Part shown: piece after piece, positions 9,548 to 17,903 of the stretch
How positions within the stretch are numbered: position 1 is the stretch's first letter
Layout of the letters: each line of letters starts with the position of its first letter
Assembly (NCBI GenBank): GCA_964439805.1
Contig: CAYTOI010000002.1
Coordinates: 47,489 to 111,488, forward strand
Length of the DNA stretch: 64,000 nucleotides
Source: an uncultured Pseudomonadales bacterium
GTDB lineage: Bacteria; Patescibacteriota; Microgenomatia; UBA1400; MFAQ01
Direction: 5' to 3'
Notes under the pieces: generated by a model
What the model was told of the DNA's origin: nothing
Seen by the model: the letters and a program-made list of their open reading frames with translations, nothing else
Database searches by the model: none
Program-made: the position numbers and the translations under genes

Positions 9548-9957
9548 AAAAATTTATCAACTTTTTATATTCCGCGTTTTTTGTGTATGGGGGTGTTGGG
9601 TATGGGTAAATGTAAATTGTAAAAAAATATTGATAGACCGCTTTTATTCCGTACTAGATATTATCCTCTTTACTGCCTTTTCCCCCAGCGAGGTATCGGT
9701 TATAAATAGACCCCTATATATGGGGATGTAAGGAATTATGTATATGTATGATTTATATCCTTGATATGTTGTATCTGTGGCTAGGTGGGGGGGTGGGGAG
9801 GAGATTGGGGAATGGGGATATTTATAATAAATAAACTACTCTCGCGCATATCGTACAGGCACGACCAACCATAAATATTATATTTTTATATATTTCCGCA
9901 CAAAACCCGAAAGGTAATACAATCAATATAAAGTGTATTCACAAACAAAACACGAAC

Positions 9958-10197
9958 CTAACGACCAACATTTAAAATAGTCGTGATTAAACAACCACGA
10001 GCCAGCGAATACTTTGAGCCTTTTGTTTTTCCAGTCTTACGAACAATATTTCTATTTATTAAATCTTTAATATCTCGAAGCAATGTATCGTCCGAAACAC
10101 TTTGACCAAAGCTATTTAGCTTTAAATTACCACCTTCTAGCAATGTCTCAACAATTAGGCATTGCCTATCTGTTAACGATGTTAGTTTAATCTCCAT
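9958..10197 (-). CDS. Winged-helix DNA-binding protein
   Basis: VSDDTLLRDIKDLINRNIVRKTGKTKGSKY, DeoR/Fic-type wHTH. Confidence 0.7.
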   Translation of the reverse strand: MEIKLTSLTDRQCLIVETLLEGGNLKLNSFGQSVSDDTLLRDIKDLINRNIVRKTGKTKGSKYSLARGCLITTILNVGR

Positions 10198-10457
10198 TTA
10201 CTTCTATTCCTTTCTTGTTCTTGTTTCTCGAGTCTGGCAAGTGACTCTGTTCTCTTTAAGACCTCAAGTCCTTCATTGAGGGCACTAACCAAGTTATTTT
10301 CACTCATCTGTGTGTGGTTTGGGTCAATACCTTTGACAGACAAAATTAAAGTATCTATACCGTGCAATATTGGCTCAACTGAGCGGGCACCAATACGGCG
10401 AACTTGAGTAAGCGATTGTTCTACCTCGTTTAATTTATTCTGTAGGGTTTGTGTCAT
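10182..10457 (-). CDS. Hypothetical protein
   Basis: Overlapping small-gene chain. Confidence 0.55.
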   Translation of the reverse strand: MTQTLQNKLNEVEQSLTQVRRIGARSVEPILHGIDTLILSVKGIDPNHTQMSENNLVSALNEGLEVLKRTESLARLEKQEQERNRSKWRLN

Positions 10458-10629
10458 AGCCTGCTAATTTAGAAGTAAATTTTGAGTATCGTTCTGTAAT
10501 ATCTTGTAAATAGTCACTTGTTCTCATCAAGCCTCGGGTAAGCCACCATGTGAACATTGCAAACAAAAAACTTGTCTTTAATAGAAACATAGCTGTTTTG
10601 TAGGAAGGCGCGTCGATGGTAACTATCAT
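10435..10629 (-). CDS. Small TM hypothetical protein
   Basis: One hydrophobic segment; in the gene chain. Confidence 0.5.
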   Translation of the reverse strand: MIVTIDAPSYKTAMFLLKTSFLFAMFTWWLTRGLMRTSDYLQDITERYSKFTSKLAGYDTNPTE

Positions 10630-10910
10630 TTGCCAATTTTGTTAGTTAAAGTTAGTTGAATTTTGTCCAACTCCAAAATTATTTTGTCTGCTGAAAAATT
10701 GACCTCACCAATTGCCTTGGTTAACATTAGTAACTCGTTAAAGGTATCTATAATCTTTTTCTCTTTTTTGGAGGGCACGGCTTTTTGTTTAATTTCTTCT
10801 ATCATTTTTTTAAAATATTTCTGTTGGTCTTGGTGTTCTACCACCTGGTTTATTATTTGGGTTATTTGGTGACCAAAATGGTCCTGTTCTTGTTGTTCTA
10901 CTATTAGCAA
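10626..10910 (-). CDS. Hypothetical coiled-coil protein
   Basis: In the gene chain. Confidence 0.5.
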   Translation of the reverse strand: MLIVEQQEQDHFGHQITQIINQVVEHQDQQKYFKKMIEEIKQKAVPSKKEKKIIDTFNELLMLTKAIGEVNFSADKIILELDKIQLTLTNKIGK

Positions 10911-11235
10911 TCTTCACAGCGTCACCAGGCAGGATTTTGGTACTCTTAGTCATTCCAAGACGGCGCTCGACATCTGGGCGGGCTTTCTCGCACTTATCGC
11001 ATAAGGGCACACTCTTGGAACGAGTATCTTTAATGAATGCAGGGCCACCACACCAAAGACAAACTTTGACACTTATTCCGCGGGTCTTGGCGTACTCTTT
11101 AGCTTTCTCAAATTCGTATTGTAGATTTTCGGACAGGTGCGAGTGACCTACTTTGGTCTCTTCAATTTCTTGTCTCTTCTCATCTGAAAATTGAGATTGG
11201 GCTTCGTTGTGTAAATATTGGTCTAGTTTATTCAT
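10810..11235 (-). CDS. Zinc-finger hypothetical protein
   Basis: CLWC...CDKC. Confidence 0.55.
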   Translation of the reverse strand: MNKLDQYLHNEAQSQFSDEKRQEIEETKVGHSHLSENLQYEFEKAKEYAKTRGISVKVCLWCGGPAFIKDTRSKSVPLCDKCEKARPDVERRLGMTKSTKILPGDAVKIANSRTTRTGPFWSPNNPNNKPGGRTPRPTEIF

Positions 11236-11245
11236 AAACAATCGC

Positions 11246-11452
11246 TTATTTGAGGTTTTTAATAAAAGAAATAATTTCGGAGCCTAAAAAACTATATGAC
11301 CCTTGACCATCAAAACCACCCTTACCAATACGACTGGGTTTTAACTTTCCTTCTCTAACAAATCTTTCAGCCCTAACTCTACCAATCCCAAGAGTTTTCT
11401 GGGTCTCTTTGTAGTTATAAATTGCGTCTCTTTTTATTGTTGTCTTCTCCAT
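11246..11452 (-). CDS. Excisionase/MerR-like HTH protein (candidate directionality factor)
   Basis: YNYKETQKTLGIGR...VREGKLKPSRIG...YSFLGSEI, HTH_17-type pattern. Confidence 0.7.
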   Translation of the reverse strand: MEKTTIKRDAIYNYKETQKTLGIGRVRAERFVREGKLKPSRIGKGGFDGQGSYSFLGSEIISFIKNLK

Positions 11453-11544
11453 GTTTTAAAGATGTATCGCTAAAACAAATAAATCAATCATCAAGTGTTC
11501 GCCATTTCCAAACAAATGACACAAGATTGAAGCTAAATTCATGC

Positions 11545-11815
11545 TTGACAGAATGCCTATAGTTTGATTATATGAGTACAGAGTTGCAGTAGAGAAAAAA
11601 TCTCAGGCGACCACAAACAATCAATAAATACATGACTCGTATTTTTTGGTGTAAGTGGCCGCTTTTTTGTTGGTTGGGATAAGGAAAAAACTTTATCCGA
11701 GCTAATAAGCTCGAAAGACAAAATTCTTGATATGGATTGTGTCGCAGAAGCGTAGGTGGTGGTCTGCCCTGGCTACCACCTACAAACAAAAAATTATTTA
11801 TTAAATCGAAAAATT
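11545..11815 (+). promoter_or_regulatory. Promoter plus structured leader of the replication operon
   Basis: TTGACA 11545; stems 11607-11662 (with T tract), 11677-11698, 11698-11713 and 11752-11783. Confidence 0.55.
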
Positions 11816-12082
11816 ATGACAAATCTCGATATTTATTTAAGTTACTCCTTGGGAGCGAACGATATTCGTTTCCTTGAGTTACTACAAACTTTACCAAACT
11901 GTGAGTGGAGGGACAAGCAGACGGCATTAGCCATTGACCTACGCCTTCACAAAACCACAGTTAACGAAATGATTAAACGACTCAAGAAAAAGAAGTTGGT
12001 TCGAGTTAGAAAAACAAAAAAAAGTGTGCCCCTAGTTATCAAGCTTGGTTTGGAGCTAAGAAAGGAGAAAACAAATGGCTAA
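11816..12082 (+). CDS. MarR-like wHTH protein
   Basis: QTALAIDLRLHKTTVNEMIKRLKKKKLV. Confidence 0.7.
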   Translation: MTNLDIYLSYSLGANDIRFLELLQTLPNCEWRDKQTALAIDLRLHKTTVNEMIKRLKKKKLVRVRKTKKSVPLVIKLGLELRKEKTNG

Positions 12083-13016
12083 CAGAAAAAAGGTAATAGA
12101 TAACGATTCTGCTTGTGCTCTTGGTTTAACCGAGTCTGTAGTTTTTAATCAAATTAACTATTGGTCAAAAAAATCAAAACACACAGTCAACGGAGTATCT
12201 GGTTGGTTCTACAAAACTTTTGACAAATTCCAAAAAGAGGACTTCCCTTTTTTGTCAGTACGATGGATAAAAACTACCATAAAAAAACTTAACGAGCTGA
12301 AACTAATTGAGGTAGGAGAATTTAATACTTGGAGAGCTGACCGCACAAAGTGGTACAAAGTTGCCGACGACGCTGAGGCCAAAATCAAAGCTATTTTAGA
12401 AAAAAAGCATAGTGAACAAAATGCACTATGCTCTGACACAAAGTGCACTATGCCAAAGTGCACAAAGTGCACGAGCAATAACCATAGAGTAACTAAACCA
12501 AAGAGTACAGACATAAATTTAGAATTACATTCTAATGGCGGTGCCATTTTAAAGGACTCAGTAAGTAATAAAGTTAGACTATCTATTGAGACAAATAGTT
12601 ACAACAAGACCGAGCCAATAAGCGCTTACTCCAATAATCGCCTAGCAGAAATCACCACCACCCTTCTAGCTAAACGCCACCTGACCAAGTTAACTTTCGA
12701 GCTAGACAAACCTTTACCGCCAAATGAAAAAGGTGAGTATCCAGCAGAGGCGTATCAACTTATCCGCGATTATGGCTGTTCTTACTCACCAGACAGTTTT
12801 CTGTATAACGAAGGCGACGATAAAAATTGGGGATACTTTGGCCGAAGAATAAAAGAAGCATTTCAAGAAGGAGCGACCGTTGAAGGACTGTGCGGCGCAA
12901 TTTACAGAATTGCAGAAGGTGAGGACATAAACAACCTTGGCTCTTTCAGAGATGAGCCCATTCAGGTTGATAGTGTTTATTCCGAATGGTCTGCTTGGAC
13001 AAATAAAGTTGAATAA
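12075..13016 (+). CDS. Phage-type replication initiator (replisome-organiser-like wHTH)
   Basis: LGLTESVVFNQINYW...WFYKT...FPFLS...TIKKL...GEFN...RTKWY N-terminus plus internal iterons. Confidence 0.75.
   Translation: MANRKKVIDNDSACALGLTESVVFNQINYWSKKSKHTVNGVSGWFYKTFDKFQKEDFPFLSVRWIKTTIKKLNELKLIEVGEFNTWRADRTKWYKVADDAEAKIKAILEKKHSEQNALCSDTKCTMPKCTKCTSNNHRVTKPKSTDINLELHSNGGAILKDSVSNKVRLSIETNSYNKTEPISAYSNNRLAEITTTLLAKRHLTKLTFELDKPLPPNEKGEYPAEAYQLIRDYGCSYSPDSFLYNEGDDKNWGYFGRRIKEAFQEGATVEGLCGAIYRIAEGEDINNLGSFRDEPIQVDSVYSEWSAWTNKVE
12407..12472. repeat. Iteron cluster (putative origin of replication)
   Basis: CAAA(A/G)TGCAC at 12417, 12439, 12454, 12463 and an inverted copy at 12407. Confidence 0.7.
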
Positions 13017-13018
13017 AT

Positions 13019-13363
13019 ATGAAATTACAAAAAATTATTAAAACCATGGAAAAAACCTGTAACCGCTGTCACCAGCAAAAACCACAAAATGAATTTAGTA
13101 ACAAATACCGCTGTAGAGAATGCAGTAGAGAACTTTTTAGAGACTACTACCGCAGACATGCAGAAGAACTAAATGAGAAGGGAAGAATTTGGCGCATGAA
13201 TAACCAAGAAAAAGTAAAAGCAAACGCTAAGGAATATTTTAAAAATCATAAACAAGAAATTAATTCTTATTTAAAAAAGAGAAGAGACCAAAAGAAACTT
13301 AACAACCCCATAGCAAATGCATTTGTAAGACCTCAGGATGCCTCTAAATCGTTTGCAAAATAA
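13019..13363 (+). CDS. Zinc-finger basic protein (HNH-associated N-terminal type)
   Basis: KTCNRCHQQKPQNEF...CREC followed by basic helical repeats. Confidence 0.6.
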   Translation: MKLQKIIKTMEKTCNRCHQQKPQNEFSNKYRCRECSRELFRDYYRRHAEELNEKGRIWRMNNQEKVKANAKEYFKNHKQEINSYLKKRRDQKKLNNPIANAFVRPQDASKSFAK

Positions 13364-13407
13364 CTTTACGACTACTATTACAAAAGACCTATAAAAAAAC
13401 AAATATT

Positions 13408-13782
13408 ATGAAAAATAAAACAACAAAAAAAGAAAACTACTTCTTAGGAGTTTTCGGACAAGAATTAATAAAAAACTTGTTTCCATTAACAACACCAGGC
13501 AAAAGAAGTTTTGACCTTCGGGTATTAACTGAGGAAAAACCAAAAGTCGGAACTCGTATAGAAGTAAAAACGAGAAAGCCAAGAAGAGGAGGAACTTTCC
13601 AAATAAACTTTACAAGACATGAAAGGACTCACAGCGACACAACGGCAATTTTACTGCTGGCTGATGATTTTGAGATATTAAGGCTTTACTGGATACCTAC
13701 CGCATTTTTACCTCGAGATAAGGGGTTTTTATATTTTGGGAAAAAAGTAAACCCAAAGTATGAGAGTTTTAGGCTTATTTAG
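13408..13782 (+). CDS. PD-(D/E)XK-like nuclease
   Basis: SFDL...IEVKT motif. Confidence 0.55.
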   Translation: MKNKTTKKENYFLGVFGQELIKNLFPLTTPGKRSFDLRVLTEEKPKVGTRIEVKTRKPRRGGTFQINFTRHERTHSDTTAILLLADDFEILRLYWIPTAFLPRDKGFLYFGKKVNPKYESFRLI

Positions 13783-14098
13783 ATTTCTCTGGAAACAGAA
13801 AATCGTACAACTTAGTACCGCCAAAAAATAGTACAAGCAAACTAAAACCAATACCAAAGCCGTACCATATTATGCTGGAAACTTGAGCAAGGTCCTTATA
13901 GTACCATCCGCACACCCCTGGTGAATTTACTCCACTAAACCTTGATTGACATTCTAATGTATTTAAATACGCATTGTGAGCTATCTTGTCGTAATTCAAT
14001 AAGTAAAGTGAGGCCACTCCGATAGACAAAACAGACACAAGAACAACTAAAAAACGAACCACGATATATAGACGCTTTTTATCAAGTTTTCTACTCAT
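13775..14098 (-). CDS. Two-TM membrane protein
   Basis: Two TMs around a Cys-containing loop; TATAAT 6 nt before ATG. Confidence 0.65.
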   Translation of the reverse strand: MSRKLDKKRLYIVVRFLVVLVSVLSIGVASLYLLNYDKIAHNAYLNTLECQSRFSGVNSPGVCGWYYKDLAQVSSIIWYGFGIGFSLLVLFFGGTKLYDFLFPEKSK

Positions 14099-14165
14099 AA
14101 TTAAATTATACTCTTGAGCAAATTATATCCTTTATGAGCAAGAGATGAGCTAAAATATTTTCCAA

Positions 14166-14339
14166 ATGCAACTCTCACAACAGGCCATAGAGGAGTACAA
14201 AGATATTATCCTGAAGGATTATGGAATAAAGTTGACTGACTTAGAGGCAACAGAGCAAGCAACAAAACTTATAAACCTGTTTAAGGTTTTGGCTAAGCCA
14301 GTTCCAGAAAGTAAAACCGAACCTACAAAAAATCTATAG
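14166..14339 (+). CDS. Small protein (57 aa) of a type seen upstream of CPR serine recombinases
   Basis: Hand-translated MQLSQQAIEEYKDIILKDYGIKLTDLEATEQATKLINLFKVL... Confidence 0.65.
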   Translation: MQLSQQAIEEYKDIILKDYGIKLTDLEATEQATKLINLFKVLAKPVPESKTEPTKNL

Positions 14340-14378
14340 GTTTTGTCGAAGTACTAAAATTATAGTAGCATATATTTA

Positions 14379-14621
14379 TTGATATATCAACAAATAATTG
14401 ACAATAAAATATATAAAGTGTATATTGACGGCATGGACATATTTAATACACCAGAAGGAAAAAAGTTTTTAGAAGCATACAAGGTAACCCGCCAAACTAT
14501 TCCCAACGAAAAAAGGTGGAAACTAGCTGAAGAACGACTAAATGGCTTACCGCTATCCGTAAAAAAAGAAGAGAAAGCTCAAGGCATACCCCTTAGTGTG
14601 GTGACTTTAAACAAAAAATAA
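14379..14621 (+). CDS. Hypothetical protein (start uncertain, possibly 14433)
   Basis: ORF between a promoter and the integrase. Confidence 0.4.
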   Translation: MIYQQIIDNKIYKVYIDGMDIFNTPEGKKFLEAYKVTRQTIPNEKRWKLAEERLNGLPLSVKKEEKAQGIPLSVVTLNKK

Positions 14622-14662
14622 TAACCCAAGGACATCATCTTTGAACTATAATAAATTTAAAG

Positions 14663-16333
14663 ATGAAAAAAGCAGTAGCATACCTTCGTGTTAGTACTGA
14701 TAGCCAAAGCACTAGTTCTCAAAGGGACAAAATACAAGAATATGCCGTAGCAAATGGCTATGAAGTTGAGAAATGGTTTGAGGACTCTGCTCTTTCTGGA
14801 ACTCTAGACGATAGACCTCAACTCTTAGCTCTAAAAGAATGGGTACCAAACAATGAGGGCAAAAGTATTTTAATGGTTGGCCTCGATAGACTTGCGAGAG
14901 ACTTTGCAATATTTATCGACATGTCAACGCTTTTCAATAATTACAATGTAACCCCTGTTTACATAAATTGTCCAAGTAGTGGTGACGCAGTCATGGACAC
15001 TTTTCTCCAAAATATTCTAGCCTCTTTTGCTTCACTAGAAAAAGAACTCATTTCTCAAAGATTTAATAGAGGAAAACGATTTAAATTAAAAAATGGAATT
15101 ATTGCCGCTGGTGGTCCGCCATTGTTTGGGTATAAGTATCGGGTCGACTATTATCCTAGTGGTAAAAAAGATAAGTATTACGAAATAAACGAGGAGGAGG
15201 CGGAGACTGTTCGCCTCATGTTTAGAATGCTGTTATCTGAAAAGTACAAAGTTCAAGGAATTGGTAGAGAGTTAACTAGATTAAAAATCAGAACCCGCTC
15301 AGGGACTACCAGATGGGCGCCAAGCAGTACTCGAAGTCTGCTTTGTAACACAACATATATGGGTGATTACAGATACGGCAAAACTAAAATGCAAGGAGTT
15401 GGAAAAAATAGACACGAAGTCCCTCGAGCCATTGAAGAACAAATGGTTATTCCTGTACCTCCAATAATTACAAGAGAAGAATTTGCAAGAGCACAAGAAA
15501 TACTTGAGAGATTGGCGAGAGGTGCGGGTGGTCGCAAGCGACACAATGACACAGTTTTACTTTCAGGACTAATGATTTGCGGAAACTGTAACTATAGGTA
15601 TTCAGCAGGTGGACGAAGTACAGGGAAAAGGCTACATAGTTATTACAGGTGTAATTCTATAAACCGCTATAACGCAGACGGTGAACACCACTCCTGTGGT
15701 AACGCTACTTTGAAAACGGCCGAGGCGGATAGTGCAGTTTGGAACGCACTCGCGGATATACTTATAAACCCCGATAAGGTTAAAAACACCACAGACTCAA
15801 AAAGAAGAAAAGAGGAAATAGAGGGAATGTATGACGATATGATAAGTTTGGTTAAAAGACAGGAAAAAATTGCCGATGAGGAAAAAAGAATAATTGATGG
15901 TTATGCCAAGGGTTTGTTTGGAGATAGTCAAGTTAGGGAATACAGACAAGACTTAGCTGAGAAAAATAAAGAAATTGGCGATAAGTTACACGAAATAAAT
16001 TTACAAGTAAGCAACGCGTTGTGGGAGGATGGGGAGATAGATTTTGGCAAACCAAAAACTAGGAAGCAGGTCGACAAGTACACTTTTGATAAAAAGAGGG
16101 AGCTTATAAAAACCTACATTACAGAAGTTAGAGTTTTACCAACCGAACCAACCAAGTTAGAGATAGTTTTTAGGTTACCAATTGAGCCTAACAAGTCAGT
16201 TGTAACAATCAACGGCTCCCCGCGGGAAGTAGTACCTAGTTACAAAAATAATGGAAAAGTTGTAACAACTAATAACTCCCTCCAAATCCAGGCAAGATCA
16301 CTACCTTCTCCTTCTCGGGAGCAGGGCTTGTAA
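14663..16333 (+). CDS. Large serine recombinase (integrase)
   Basis: YLRVST catalytic Ser, DRLARD, recombinase domain (PLFGY), zinc ribbon (LLSGLMICGNC...YYRC...C), coiled coil. Confidence 0.95.
   Translation: MKKAVAYLRVSTDSQSTSSQRDKIQEYAVANGYEVEKWFEDSALSGTLDDRPQLLALKEWVPNNEGKSILMVGLDRLARDFAIFIDMSTLFNNYNVTPVYINCPSSGDAVMDTFLQNILASFASLEKELISQRFNRGKRFKLKNGIIAAGGPPLFGYKYRVDYYPSGKKDKYYEINEEEAETVRLMFRMLLSEKYKVQGIGRELTRLKIRTRSGTTRWAPSSTRSLLCNTTYMGDYRYGKTKMQGVGKNRHEVPRAIEEQMVIPVPPIITREEFARAQEILERLARGAGGRKRHNDTVLLSGLMICGNCNYRYSAGGRSTGKRLHSYYRCNSINRYNADGEHHSCGNATLKTAEADSAVWNALADILINPDKVKNTTDSKRRKEEIEGMYDDMISLVKRQEKIADEEKRIIDGYAKGLFGDSQVREYRQDLAEKNKEIGDKLHEINLQVSNALWEDGEIDFGKPKTRKQVDKYTFDKKRELIKTYITEVRVLPTEPTKLEIVFRLPIEPNKSVVTINGSPREVVPSYKNNGKVVTTNNSLQIQARSLPSPSREQGL
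16199..16246. mobile_element. Second, unrecombined attP-like site (GC core)
   Basis: GTTGTAACAA-13-GC-13-TAGTTACAAA, same geometry as the reconstructed attP. Confidence 0.7.
16259..16298. mobile_element. Right att junction (P arm + CC core + host B' arm)
   Basis: GTTGTAACAA-13-CC(AA), then host codons ILPGF on the minus strand. Confidence 0.88.
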
Positions 16334-17000
16334 TACTTAAAAAATCAACCAATATTGATGCTCTAGAAGTTACTGTAATTGTCTCCTGGGGGCTACCAAA
16401 TAATGCATACTTTAGATTTCTACTAGCTATATAGCTTTTTATGCTATTTGAATCAATTGATACATCATATAATCCATTTTTATAATTAACTTTAAAATCG
16501 TGATAAATATTGAGATTAAAAGTGCTAATTTTTCTAAATTGATTTTGGTTGCACCCAGGTTCGGTTGTTGGGCATAAACTAGTCCAAAGATTTGCCGTAG
16601 TATTACTTTCAGGCCATATTAGAAAAATAATATCGCTAGGCAGAATATCTCTCTTGTCTAGATTTGGAAAAATTTTGTCAGATAGTATTATTCCAGATCC
16701 AAAATTTAATGGACCTTCTATTTTAAATTTTGTTAAGAGTTTATATTCAAGAAGCGGAAATATATCAGGCTTGGAAACTAGATATGGAAAAAAATTACCC
16801 GATGGGGTACTCAACTTAATAGATCCATCTATTATAGAAACGCTTCCGTAGTTTTGATAAACCGTCCATTTAGATTCATCTACCGTATCAAAATTATCGA
16901 TATAGATTTTATCTGCCGAAAAAATATGGCTGGGGAAGATAATTAAAAAAACAAACAGCAAGCAAGAACAAGAAAAAAATACTTTGATAATGTGTCTCAT
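16269..17000 (-). pseudogene. 5' part of the interrupted secreted hydrolase (signal peptide + beta-sandwich domain + VVILPGFGG)
   Basis: Truncated at the first motif of the hydrolase domain; continues at 711. Confidence 0.88.
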
Positions 17001-17030
17001 GTTTTATCTAGTAAAATTATTAATTGAACT

Positions 17031-17903
17031 ATGCAGGAAAACAGAAGCTTATCAATAATCATTGTAACTTATAACTCAGAAAAGTACATATCTAATTGTT
17101 TGATAAGTCTAATAACTTCGACAGAATATTTATCTAAAGTAAAATTTATAATTATTGATAATTGCTCGGTCGACAAAACATTGATAGCGATTGATAAATT
17201 AAAGAAAAAGTATAACAAAGTAGATATTGATTTAATCAAAAACGAAAGTAACCTTGGCTTTTCAAAGGCAGTAAATAATGGGATTAAAACTGTAGACAGC
17301 GATTTATATTTACTAGTTAATCCTGATATACAAGTTAGTAAAGAAACTATCAAAAATATACTTAAATGCCAAAATAACTGTAATTCAGATATTGTTGGCG
17401 TAAAAACTGTTGATTTTAATGGTAAACCAAACAGCAGTTACTTTAGAAAACCAACTTTAGGGGTAGGAATTTTTGACTTTACAAACCTTAGAAAGCTAGA
17501 TTTTACAGATTATTGGCACAGATATTTTTATTACAAGGATAAGGAAGGAATTAAAGGTAATTTTAATGTTGATATTGTCACAGGTGGGTTTATGCTGATC
17601 AGAAAAGAATTAATTAAAAAAATTGGGTTATTTGATGAAGATTTTTTCATGTATTTGGAGGACGTTGATTTTTGTGTTAGAGCGCTAGAAAGCGGCAGCA
17701 GCGTTTGCTTATGTGATGAGATAGTTAGGCATTATGGAGGTGGCAGTAGCAACAATAAAGAGCGCTCAAATCAAATAGCTTGGATCAAGTCTCGTTCAAA
17801 ATATTTCTATAAGCATTTTAATAATTTAGTAAATATATTTATTCAACCAATATTTATCTTAGATAGTATATTAATAATGTTTCTGAAAAAAACAAAAAGA
17901 TGA
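17031..17903 (+). CDS. Glycosyltransferase family 2
   Basis: IIIVTYNS, IDNCS, NLGFSKAVN, VNPD, FFMYLEDVDFC. Confidence 0.93.
   Translation: MQENRSLSIIIVTYNSEKYISNCLISLITSTEYLSKVKFIIIDNCSVDKTLIAIDKLKKKYNKVDIDLIKNESNLGFSKAVNNGIKTVDSDLYLLVNPDIQVSKETIKNILKCQNNCNSDIVGVKTVDFNGKPNSSYFRKPTLGVGIFDFTNLRKLDFTDYWHRYFYYKDKEGIKGNFNVDIVTGGFMLIRKELIKKIGLFDEDFFMYLEDVDFCVRALESGSSVCLCDEIVRHYGGGSSNNKERSNQIAWIKSRSKYFYKHFNNLVNIFIQPIFILDSILIMFLKKTKR

Larger units (their letters stand above)
712..16283. mobile_element. Integrated serine-integrase element, phage-satellite-like (about 15.57 kb)
   Basis: Splits a host gene, is bounded by att junctions, and carries a terminal large serine recombinase, phage-type Rep, Xis-like HTH and virion-like proteins. 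Confidence 0.9.
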
